From: Microthyrium microscopicum
Taxonomy: Eukaryota
DNA: 39,280 nt
Direction of reading: 5' to 3'
NCBI GenBank assembly: GCA_010405405.1
Contig: MU004241.1
Span: 1,399,942-1,439,221 of the forward strand
The notes beneath the pieces were generated by a model that was not told where the DNA came from, did not search any database, and worked only from the letters and a program-made list of their open reading frames with translations. This document shows positions 26,204-38,476 of the stretch, piece by piece. A program made the position numbers and the translations under genes. Numbering within the stretch: position 1 is the stretch's first letter; every line of letters starts with the position of its first letter.

Positions 26204-26406
26204 TATTACGAATCTACTACTATTAATCCTATTGTAATATTATTAGCATTCCTTATTACGTAATGCTAAGGGCTTAGTACCTAAGGATTATTTAGTATAG
26301 CTTACCTATGACCGTTCTCTACTCTCTCTCTTTAGATTCTTTGTATTAGTTTTCTTAAATTATATCTACTATTAACTTACACCCTTACGCTTATAGGTTC
26401 TTAATA
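26204..26406 (+). repeat. 5' LTR of gypsy C (203 bp)
   Basis: tattacgaatc...ttcttaata (~TG...CA); the first 125 bp are repeated at 33429-33553. The end is inferred from alignment to the LTR of B. Confidence 0.9.
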
Positions 26407-26407
26407 T

Positions 26408-26418
26408 AAAACTAATAC
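26408..26418 (+). promoter_or_regulatory. Putative self-priming primer-binding site of gypsy C
   Basis: aaaactaatac, 1 nt after the LTR, is the exact reverse complement of gtattagtttt at 26343-26353 inside the LTR. Confidence 0.7.
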
Positions 26419-27181
26419 CTTATACTATTTAAAAAATAATCCTAATTTTTAGCGTATTAAAATCTAAAGATTTAATACGTCTACCTATATAAATATAGAA
26501 TCCTATTTTTAAATCTTAATAAATTTAACTTACTAGCCTAGTAAATACGTAAATTCTTAACTCTTAATCCTACTAGAAGCTTAGACTTCTAACGTCTAAT
26601 TAAAGAGCTTAAAGGACTTTAGTTAACTTAGAACTTTTATTTTATTAAACCTATAAGTTAATAATCTTCTTTTATTACTACTACTTCTCTCTACTATTAT
26701 ATCTATAATAAGACTTTACTTATCTTATTATACTATAATAAACCTTAAAGATAAACTATAATAAATTAGATCTCCTACTTCTTTTCTTAAATTATTTATT
26801 ATATCTTTATAACTTATTTATACTTTATTTTAAGACTTTTTAATATTTACGTCTATTATTTATACTTACTTTATATTAAACTTTTATCTTACTATAAGAG
26901 ATACTAATAAGATCTATAGGACTTATTTCGTATCTTATTTTTATAAGTAATAGTAATTAAAAACTTAAAATACTACTTAGTTTATAATTATACTACCTTA
27001 TATTTAAATTAGAATTAATAGTAATAAAGATAATATTATAATAGAACTATTCTATAACTAAGCTTTATACTATAATTTTTTATACTTTTATTATAGCTCT
27101 ATAGCTAAGATACCTCTACTATTTAATATTTTAAAAATTACTAAAAGTAGCTATATTTATAGCTAATTATAATTCTAAAAT

Positions 27182-28915
27182 AAAGATAAAGAGAAAGTAT
27201 TTTCTATTAATCCTTTAATTGCTACTTTTTAACTAGTAGACTAAACCTAAATTAAAAAGTTATTATTAAACTATTAGATACTCTTTTATCTTATTACTTA
27301 TTAATTAATTACTTTAAATAAGAAGAATTAAGTATTTTTAGTATAACTTCTTTATAAAGAAGTTACTTTTTAAGCTTAAAAAACTATCTTTCTAAATAGT
27401 ATTATTAAAAGCGTTCTTCTAAACTCTATACTTATATATTATACTTAAGATAACTTATATTTAAAAATTATTAAGACTTATAAAGAATTCCTTTATAGCG
27501 TTACTATATTATTGAAACTTTAGTTTAAATAGCTACGTAGTTATATTAAATTAGCCTAAATAGTTAATCTTTATATTTAAAAGACTTATACCTAACTAAA
27601 TAATATAATAAATACTTATTAATACTATAAGTAAAGTATTAAAGATATAACTAACAAACTTAATAATACTATAATTATAATTAATAAAGTACGTATAAAG
27701 GTAAACTAACTTTATAAATAACTTAACTATATAATTAAAGCTAATTATAAAGATAATAAATACGTTCTTTATTTAAAGAACGCTTATAATATAAATTAAT
27801 AGAAACTTAATAAAGTACTTAATAATATTAAATAACTACGTACTTTTTATACTAAAAAGTATAATAAAATTATAACTTTTTATCTTTAGAATAAAAATCT
27901 TAAAAACTAGCTTAATTAGTTTATATATAAGTTTAAAGAGAATATTTACTAACTTAACTTTAATAATAAGTAAGTAATATCTTTTCTTTATTAATAAGTT
28001 TCTTATATTTAAACTAATAGCTTAATCTTAGTAGTATCTAGATTTTTAGCTAGTAGTAAAAGTAAGAAATATAAATAGAGTAATCTAAGTAAATACTTTA
28101 GTTATAATTTTAAATAATATTTTGTATAGAAACTTTATATTAAGAACTATTTTTATAATAAGTAAGCTTTTTTCTTTATAGAACTAAACGCTACTATTTA
28201 AATACGTAGTAAGACTCTTAATATTATTCTTAAGTTTATTAAAGACTATACTTAATATAAATTACTAAACTTATACTTTAATATAATAAAGTTCTAAGAA
28301 GATTTAGATTAATATACTTAGAAACATAATACTTATAAAGATACTATTACTTAGTTATAAAATTTCTTAAACTAAATAAAAAAGATTAAGAAGCTTACTC
28401 TATATATTACTAAGTTTAATAGTAAAATTATTAATACTAGCTTTATAGAAGTAGATAAGATTACTTATCTTAAATATATAATTATTAAAGAAATTATATA
28501 GTACTTATTTCTTTCTAAAGCTACTACTATTACTAAATATATTAATAAGTTATAAGTTATAAACTAAAACTTTAAATATAAAACTAATAATAATAATAAG
28601 CTATTTACTAGTTAAAATAATAATAATAGTAACTAAGCTAATAACTAAATTAACTATATACTATATTATAAAGTTACTCTATACTAATATCTAATATAAG
28701 ACTACTACTATACTTAATATAGTAAATAAGGTTATAACTATAAAAATAAGAACTTAAAGTATAAAAGTAAGCTAGCTCTTTTTAATTTTAATATCTTTAC
28801 TAAGCTTATTAATATTTATCTATAGTAAAATAATATTTAATTATAAAACTTTACTCTATAATATAATTACTTATTAATATATAATAATTACTATTACTAG
28901 AACTAAGAAAACTAG
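27182..28915 (+). pseudogene. gypsy C gag relic with a long, probably helical N-terminal region (start uncertain)
   Basis: Continuous frame homologous to the gag of B. Knuckle relic YT*YSK*GYNYKNKNLKY at 28709-28762. Ends taa gaa aac TAG (28913-28915). Confidence 0.75.
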
Positions 28916-31900
28916 ATACTTCTTTATAATACTATATAAAAAAGCTAAATAAAATAAAAGTATATAATAAATAATAAAAACGTTAGATAGAGGCTATTAT
29001 TAGTTACCTAAGCAATTTTAAAACTAAAAGTAACTTAATAAGTATAGTTATTATACGCATATTAGTAGCTTATATTTCTATTAACTAATTACTAAAATAC
29101 TCTATTCTAAAGATAGACTAATAGTAAAGTACTACTAGTAATATTCTTATTAATAATAATATATATACTAAAATAAAAGTCCTAATTAATATAAGTAGTA
29201 GTACTTTTAGTATTATTAATCTTTATTACTTCTAAATTTATAGTATTCTATTAGTAGAGATAACTTAACTCTATTGCACTAAAATAGCTAATAGCTATAT
29301 TATAGTAAAGATAACCTATATAGTAGCTATTATATTACGTATTAGTATCTATTTTAAGTAAATTTTTTACTTTATAATAAAAATTACTAATTATAATATA
29401 ATTCTTAGTAACTCTTAGATTAATAAATATAAAGTTACGCTCTAAGAAGACTAACGTATATTAAGCTTCTACTTAAAGTATTATATAAAATATTATATAG
29501 CTTTCTATTATTTTATTACTATTAACTATAAAGGTTAAGTAATTATAAATAAATAATAAGAAGAAACTTTTAATATCTATATAATATTACTATAAGTTTT
29601 TATAACTATAATATAGTATAAGGAATATAAATTTACTATACTTTATTAAAAAGACTTTAATATCTTAAAAAAAAAAAAAGACTCTAACTCTATCTCTTAA
29701 TGAAATATTACTAGTATTATTATAATCTTTACTAAAGACTATACTAAATAGTATAAGAAGCTTAATTATAATTTACTAATATAAAAGGAATTATTAAAGT
29801 TAATACTATTAAAATTCTATTACTATATTGTTTTATTTAACTCTTACTAAGCTAATAAACTATTATTATATTAACTAAGTTTTAATTATACTATTATTAT
29901 TAACCTAAATATAAAAGTACCTATATATAAATTTTATAGTATATCTTATTAATAGATATAGGTTATTAAGGAATATATTAAGAATATACTTAGAAAAGGC
30001 TTTATTTAATTAAGTACTTTCTACTATACTATATCTATATTATATATTAGTAAACTAGGTAATAGTATCTATATTTATATTAACTACTATAGACTTAATA
30101 AGATTATACTAACTAACTAAAATATATCTTTACTCTTAATAGAAATATTAATAAAGATTTATAAAATAAAATTCTTTTTATAGTTTAACGTTATTACTAT
30201 CTTTAATAATATTTAAATTCGTAAAGAAGATAAGTATAAGACTATGTTCTTAATGCGCTATAAACTTTTTAAAATTTTAATAATACTATTTAGTATAATA
30301 AAATTACTAGAAAGTTTTTAATTTTATATTTATAGTACTATACGTAAATACTTTAATAACTTTATTATAGTCTACCTTAATAATATCCTTATTTAAAATA
30401 AAACTAAAAAGAAGCATATTACTTATATTTACCTAATCCTTAATAAGCTTAAAAAAGCTAAACTTTATCTTAATATTTCTAAATCTAAGTTTATAACTTA
30501 ATTAGTTAAATATCTTAGTATTATTATTATACTTAATAGAATCTAAATAAATAAAAAGAAGGTTAATACTATATTTAACTAGTACTACTCTACTTTCTTA
30601 AAAGATATCTAAATATTCTTTAGCTTTATAAACTTTTATTATTATTTTATTAAAAAATATTTAAAAATTATTATATTACTTACTATACTAACTAAAAAGG
30701 ACGTTTCTTTATACTTTCCTTAAAGTAAGATTAGACTTAAGGAATAAGCGTTTAATGTCTTAAAGAAGACCTTTACTACTACCTTAATTCTTTATTACTT
30801 TAATCTTAACGTTAAAACTTAAGTTAAGATTAACGCCTTAGATTAGGTAGTAGTAGCTATCCTTTTATAAAAAAATATAAATAGTAAGCTTTACCTAGTA
30901 GCTTTCCTCTTTAAAAAGATAACTTTAGTAGAATATAATTATAATATCTATAATAAAAAGCTCTTTATAATTATATAGGTATTTAAGGAATAGAAACTTA
31001 AATTATTTTTAACCTTTAACTTTATATAAGCTTTTACTAACTATCTTAACTTATATACTTTTATATTAACTAAAAAGCTATTTTGCTATTAAGCTTAATA
31101 AATAGAGTTCCTTTTCTAATTCTAATTTAAAATTAAATATTATAATAGTCCCTTTAATATAAAAGTAAATATACTAATTTAGAAATTATAGAATCTTTTA
31201 AAATCTAATAATAATCTATAGATTACTTAATAAATATAACTAATCCTTTTCTTTTATAACTTTAATACCTATTATAAAATATTTTACTCTTATAATACTT
31301 AATATACTATTAAGATTACTATTCTTTTTATTAATAGTAAATAACTTATAATAATTAAACTTACTATAATTATTATTAATAAAGTTAACATACTAACTAT
31401 AGAAAGTAAACTAATTAATTAACTAATTATAGAGAATTCTACTTTAATTTTAAGTAAGCTAATTAATTACCCTAAGATAAATAGCGCACTAGCTAACTTA
31501 AAAATATTATAGAAAGATATTATTAAGGCTAGCTAATTAAATAAGCTCGTCTAAGTAATCTATAACTCTAAAGTAATATAATTATATTACCTACTATATA
31601 ATACTTTAGAAAAGAATTTAATTAAACTTAAAAACTACTAAGTACTTACTAATAGTACTATTTAATATAAATAATAACTCCTTATTTTTTTTATAAAATA
31701 TTTTTAATATTATACTATTATATATACGTATAATTATAAGGTTATAAGTTATAGTAATATAACTTCTATATATTAGTACCTTTATTAATTTTACTTTTAG
31801 TCTTATATAGCTAAGGATATAAAGTATTATATTAAAGTATATAAGTATACATTCTTTAAACTAGTTAAACAAAAGAAGTAAGGTCTCTTCTACTTATTCC

Positions 31901-33126
31901 TACTACCTAATTACACTTAGTTTAATATTTTTATTAACTTTATAGTTGCTTTATTACTTTATATTTACCTTAAAACTATTTATTACTATATTATAGTTAT
32001 TATAAATAGGCTAATACGTACCTAATAGTTTATTTCTTTTTCTAATCTAAGCATATAAATAATAATCTTTATATTCCTTAATTAAATATAGAAATATATA
32101 GGATAGCCTAACTCTATCCTTTCTAACTATAGTTTATAATTTATATTTATATTTTAGTAATATCTCTATAAGTATATTAGTATTATTATCTATCTAACTA
32201 CTACTTAATACCTATAAGATAATAGTATTATAAAAATATTAGTTATAGTACTAAAAGCTTACCTTAGATACTTTATTAACTAGTAATAAAATAACTAGGT
32301 AGGACTACTATTATTTACTAAATTTAAAGCTAATTATGCTATCTATGCCTCTACTAAGATAAGTCCTTTCTATATACTTAATAATTATCTTCCCTAATTA
32401 AAATTAGAACTAATACCTTTAAAAGTCCTCTTAGGAACTAAATTAATCTAAACTAAATAATAGCTTACTAACTAATATTTCTATACCTATATTAACTTTT
32501 ATAAATACCTCTATAAATAGATTTTATAGTCTACTATTCTTATAGAAGAGTAAGCTAATAAAACTTATTAACTAGTACTAAACCTTAAATTAAATAATTA
32601 GGTATAACTTAATACCTACTATTATAAATCTCTCTAACTATTAAAGTTCCTTAATAATAAATCTACTAGACCTTTTAAAATTATTAAAAAGATTAATACT
32701 CTTACCTATAAGCTAGAATTACTAAAAAAGATAAAAATTTACCTAATCTTCTACGCTTAGCTACTTTACCTTATCTCTAAATATACTATAGTGCTCTAAG
32801 AACTTAATAATTCCCCCTTAATTACAAATATAGATAATAATATAAAATAAAAGTAAATAATTAACTATATTATTAATAGTAAGATAAGTATTATAAAGAG
32901 CTTTAATAAAAAAAAAGTTCTATAGTATAAAGTTTAGTTTACAAAATAAGATAATTAGAACTATAACCCTAACTAATAATTATAATTAGATCTTAACTCT
33001 TACCTAAAACTAGTTACTAAATATTACGACTAAAACCTTAATAAATCTAAACTATACTCTATATTTATAGACCTTTAAAAGAAGAAAGAAGAGAAATACG
33101 ATTTAGATAGAATTCCTTTAGAATAG
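28906..33126 (+). pseudogene. gypsy C pol relic: protease, RT, RNase H, integrase, chromodomain (end approximate)
   Basis: Same frame throughout: VLINISS (~ALIDTGS) 29179; YLNNILI 30373; INALD*V (~TDASDW) 30829; NYNIYNKKL ~30937; IFINFIVALL ~31927; RPFKI (~GPFKI) ~32668; IYLIFYA*LL (~IHPIFHAWLL) ~32737; L*YKV*FTK* chromodomain ~32920-33055. Confidence 0.94.
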
Positions 33127-33428
33127 TAAAAAAATACTACTATATATACCTTAATACTTAATTTATAAACTAGAGTATTCTAAAGATATCTTAAGGTTTA
33201 TTAATACTTCTTAATAGTTACTTTAGTAGGCTAAAAGGTAGTATAAAGAATAAGTACGTATAGTAGTTATATATAAAGGAAGGTTATTATCTTTACTTTT
33301 ATTATTTTTATATTTTATATTTTATATTCTAAAAAGCGTTAGAATTATAGAACTATATAACTTAATTATAAATCTTATTCTTTTATAAGTTTTTAGCTTA
33401 AGAGTACTAATTTTAGAAAAAGAAGTAT

Positions 33429-33553
33429 TATTATAAATCTATTACTATTAATCCTATTATAATATTATTAGCATTCCCTATTACGTAATATTAAGGACTT
33501 AGCGCCTAAGGATTATCTAATGTAGCTTACTTATAACTATTTTCTACCCTTTC
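33429..33553 (+). repeat. 3' LTR of gypsy C, first 125 bp
   Basis: Matches 26204-26328 with transitions only; preceded by the PPT agaaaaagaag; cut by the LTR of D. Confidence 0.92.
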
Positions 33554-33776
33554 TATAAGGAGCTAATAGGCACAATAGGGCGAGTAGAAAGTAGCTAGTA
33601 TTATAGGATCTAAGTATAGAGAGAAGAAATCTAGGGATGTAGCTATAAATGTAAAAATATAGAGCCTAAGGAATCCTTAGATATACTAACTCTAAATAGG
33701 ATAAAGAGATCTTATTTATAAGATTAGATTTCTATATCTAAATACTATAAAACTAAACTTATAAAGATTCCTTATA
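33554..33776 (-). repeat. 3' LTR of gypsy D (223 bp)
   Basis: tataagg...ccttata terminal inverted repeat; same family as solo LTR 10040-10263; adjacent minus-strand PPT aaaaggagagag (33780-33791). Confidence 0.93.
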
Positions 33777-33830
33777 TAACTCTCTCCTTTTAAAATAGAC
33801 CTTATAGGCTATATCTTAATCTAATTTGTT

Positions 33831-33873
33831 CTAGTCTAGTCTAGTCTAGTCTAGGCTAGTCTAGGCTAGTCTA
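33831..33873. repeat. Pentamer tandem repeat (CTAGT/CTAGG)x8 in the 3' UTR of gypsy D
   Basis: ctagt ctagt ctagt ctagt ctagg ctagt ctagg ctagt cta. Confidence 0.92.
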
Positions 33874-34129
33874 TATAAATATAAAACTTCTTTATATATA
33901 TTACTACTAAGAGATATAGTAATATACTATTTACTTACCTTAGTACTATCTAAATTTATTTAATAAAGAAGAGGATATTTATTTAAGTTAGTTTATAGTA
34001 TTCTATAATCCTTTTAGTAGCGTAAATTAAAAACTAAACTAGGGGTATAATGCTATTAGTAAAATAAGAAATATAGCGCTTTTATATAGTATAATCCTAA
34101 TTAGTAGGTAGTCTATTAGTATTATAATC

Positions 34130-37100
34130 TTCTTTTTTAACTTTATTTATTAGTAGGGATTAAGAGGGGTATAGACTAGGCTTCTAAGGATAAAGCCTAT
34201 AAAACTCTAATATAGTATTAGGTACGTTAATAGTATCTTTTTAGAGCTACTAAGTTTTATTATAAAATCCTATTTATTTAATCTTATATTTAAGTACCTT
34301 ATTCTTATCTCTACTATCTTATTTACTATTAATAATAGTATTAATAAGCTATTTTTCTTTACCTTCTTTTTTACTAATAACTACTAGGGAAGGGTTTAAA
34401 TTCTATAATAAATATATATTATTATTAATTAGATATAGTAACTAGGCGTAAAATACTAAGTATATCTTTATTAATTTAGGAAGATCTAATTTATAGGTTA
34501 CTTTATTAATCTTATATAATACTTTAAAGAAACTAGCGCTTTTACTATTAAGTATTTTAGAGAAATAAGTTATATTATAATTCTAAACGTTAAGTTATAT
34601 TTAGTCTCCTAGATAAAGATTTAGTACTAAACATTAATACTTATTAGCATAGAGCTTTTATTAAGCCTAAGCCTATTCTAGTTACTTCTTTAGGAACTTA
34701 TAAAGCTTCTTATAACTATCCTAAACTTAATTAGTAATAATAACTTCTTTACGTATAGTAATAGAAGTATAAGACGCTTTAGGTAGTAAATAGTAAGTAG
34801 ATTTAAGTCTTAATTTTAGTAGAAAGCTATTCTATGCTTTAAAAGGTATAAAACTAGTAGTAGTACTTATAGTAGAATTTACTATAAACTTAGTAAATAG
34901 TAATAATACTATCTAATTATCTTAATCCTAATTAATAAAGAATCTAAGATATTATTTTAGTATAGTAATAAATATTTTAGTAATGCTATTAAACTCTAGA
35001 TACTATACTATACTTAATTTTAATATAACGCCTATACGTTTATATAGATAACTCTAAAAAGTAGACGTAAATTAAGTTCCTTAATCTAAAAGAATAGAGT
35101 TAAGCTATTTATATAGCTTCTATACTTAATTAATAAAGACTATAACTATTATTTCTACTAAAAGACTTAGAAGGATAATAAATTACTATAATTATATTAA
35201 GCAATTAATAATAACTATAATATATTAATAAACTATACCTTAATAAGTATAATATAGTAGTAAGACTATAAAATCTATTAAGATATTAGATTATACTTAG
35301 TCTAGTAAAGGAAATAAGTAAAGAAGGCCTTACTTCTTTTAGCGTACTAGTTTTATAAAGATATAATAGTAGCCTTTAATATACTTCTTAACGTATTCTA
35401 ATATTCTTAGCTACTAATAATCTTATTAAAAATAGTAGTATATTATTATAGTTTCTTTATAGCTTATAACTTTATATTAATATACTTATTTTATTACTTT
35501 ATTTTATAAATACGTTATTAGTATAAATAACTTTTATTAATAAAAGATAGTACTATTTAGTAAGGCCTTATAATCTATTAATTTAATTTAATTTTAATTT
35601 AGTACTCTAAAGGGTAAGAAGTAGTTTTTCTATATCTTTACTAGTTAAATTATAATTAGTAACTTATTTTTCTTACTTATCTTTATTACTTTTTATATAA
35701 ACTACTTTAAGTTAAAGTCTAAAGATTTAGTATTAACTAGTAGTATATTATCTAAACTAGCTAGAGCTCTATTCTAAGAGCTTCTTATAATAGATTCTAA
35801 ATTAGACTCTTCTACTATAGTAATATTTAACTTATCTAATATAAGCGTAGCTATTTATATAAAGAATAAAGTAATTAGGTTAATAAGGATTATAGCTAGC
35901 TTAATAGCTTATTTAGTACTAAATTAATATAGGAATAAAAGTAGTTAATACTATTACTTAATCTATAAGTCTTTATTACTTTAGAGTACGTCCTATAATC
36001 TTTAGGTTAAAGCATTAGCTTTACTATTATTTTTACTAAAATAGTATTTAATTAAAAAGTAGAATTATAATAAGAATTTAGCCTAGTATATTTAATAGTA
36101 TATAAGCTTCTTAGTCTTTATAAAAGTTTAAAGGTTCTAGTAATTTAAGAATACTTTTATAATATCTTTAGTACTAAATAACTTAAGTTCTTACTTTTTA
36201 AAAATATAGATAATAGTAAGTAGTTCTTTATTATAAATATTATAATTATATTTTACTAGTAATATCTTTTTAGAGAAGAAGGTAACTAGTCTTAGATTAC
36301 TATTTGTATCTTTTTATAATAATATAGTAGTATAAGCTTAATTTAATATATCTATTTCTATTTAAGTTTTCTTAATATAATTAAAGTATTATAGAATTAG
36401 TATACTAGTAAAGTCTACTTTTAGCTTCTTAAAAGCTTATTCTTTAAGCCTATTAGGGTCTTAGAGAAATATAGCTAGAGTATTCTTTTAAGTAAGATTT
36501 ATTAATAGTACTACTATAGTAAAGTAATTAAAAATAAATTATTAGTAAAAGTTAGTAAATCTAAGGAATACCTATATATTTTTAAGATAACTTAGTTATT
36601 CCTAGTTAATTATAGCGTTAACTTTTAAGGAGTCTATCTTAATGCCTTTTATAGTAATAATTAGACTAAGGTATTTTACTTCTTAAATAATAAATTCTAA
36701 CTTCTTAATATTAAGGAATAAGCTTATACGTTCTAAGGCGTCTAGTACTAAGTATATATAGGTATTATATTCTTCTAATATTTTACTAAATACTAGAATA
36801 TTATTTAAGTAGATAGTTATAAAGTCGTCTAAAAACTATATTAGTATATAATTAATATATACTTAGAATATCCTTAGTTCCCTTATAAGGCTAAAGAATA
36901 GTACTTTAAATTTAAATAGGTTATAGTATATTAAGAATACTATTTTATATTTATTATTAGGTTTAATATAGATGCGTTTAAAAGTAATAATAATATTAAA
37001 CTTAGAATAGTATTTAGCCTTTATAAGGCGTATAAGTATTTTACTAATAAGTAGTAGAACGTTACTATTCTTAATAATAATATTATTTAATCTATAGTAA

Positions 37101-38476
37101 TTAATATAGATATAGATATCTCTTCCTAGTTTATTTATATAGAGTATAGATATAGTATACTAAGACTTTAAACCTATAGTAAAACCTTACTAGAGTAGAT
37201 TTTTAATATATTATTTAATAACTAAGGCTTACTTTAGTAATATTAATATAGGTTAGCGTTTTAGAATTTTAGCGTTAGGAATAAGGTTAATAGTATAGTT
37301 ATATTTATTATAATAAGGTATAAAGATATTTAAACGCTTTAGATTAAAGACTTTAAAATATTAGTAAAAACGTTCTAAAATAAGTTTTAAGATCTCTTCT
37401 TTTAAAAGGTAAAAGTAATCTTACTTATCTTATTATTTAAGATAATCTTTTTTTAATATAGCGTATATAGTAAGGTTTATAGTAAATTTATTATTATTAT
37501 TTTTATTACTATTAGGAGGTTTCTTTTCCTTTTTATTATTAAAATCTTTAGGCTAGAATATATTAATTATAGCGTCTTTATACTTTATTAGTTTCTTAAA
37601 TACTACTATTAATATAAAAATAATATCTAATTCTTTAGATAATTCTAAGTTTATAGATTATTCTTTTAAGTCTATAGTAATAAAGCATTATAATATAATA
37701 TAATTTATAATATATCTTATACTATAGAAGATTAATATTCTTAATTCTTTATATAGGTTAACTTTATACTAATCTAGCTAGGGTACTTCTAAGATTAAAT
37801 TATAAGAGGCTACTTCTATAATAAAATAGCTAATCTACTTAACGTAGTATCTAATATATAAGTTAAGGATAGCAGCTTTATTAATTATAAATACTAACTT
37901 ACTATTAGTAAGTATTACTAAATATAGATAAGCTAATTAAAAAGTAAGAATATTATATTACTAAAGATAATAAGAGTTAATAATTCCTATTACGCTACTA
38001 CTAGTATTAATTAAAATACTAGTATTAAAGTAGGTTAAATACTATAGTATAAATACTAAGCTAATAGTAGTTTATTATAATCTAATAATAGTATCTTTCT
38101 TTTTAATATTCTAAGGCTATATTACTAGTATAATAAAAGCTAATAAGATATAAATAGTATATAAATATATTAGTAAGACTTATTCTTTATAAATAATATC
38201 TTTATACTTAAGGTGCTAAATATACTAGTAAAGATAACTAAGTATCTTTTTAGTCTTCTTTTATACTTTCTCTTTAATGTTTTTATAGTCTTCTTTTACT
38301 TAACGGAATATTTCTTTAGCTTTCTTAGTATTTTGATGCTACTCTTTATTATACTAATAGAATATATTCTTTATATACTTAGTATTAGTATTAAAGGTAT
38401 ATTTCTTTCTTTTATTATATACTTTAGTCTTATTTAGCTCTTCCTTATAGCTTAGTAAAGGAGTATCTAGTTTAAA
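34130..38476 (-). pseudogene. gypsy D pol relic: protease, RT, RNase H, integrase, chromodomain (end approximate)
   Basis: ILINTSS (~LIDTGS) ~37997-38017; YLNNILVFS from 36811; EIDILN*AY (~ETDASNWAY) ~36332-36358; LKYKIK*IG and EFYRLYP*KPS chromodomain ~34175-34294. Confidence 0.92.

Larger units (their letters stand above)
26204..33553 (+). mobile_element. Ty3/gypsy chromovirus, element C: near full length, 3' LTR interrupted by element D
   Basis: 5' LTR 26204-26406, gag, pol with all domains, PPT 33415-33425, partial 3' LTR 33429-33553. Confidence 0.95.

Noticed and set aside
38213..38437. 74-aa hydrophobic ORF from the ORF track
   Set aside because: It starts at GTG and lies antisense to the A-rich start of gypsy D pol. 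The F/L/I/Y bias is what T-rich RIPed DNA yields, and there is no independent sign of a gene.
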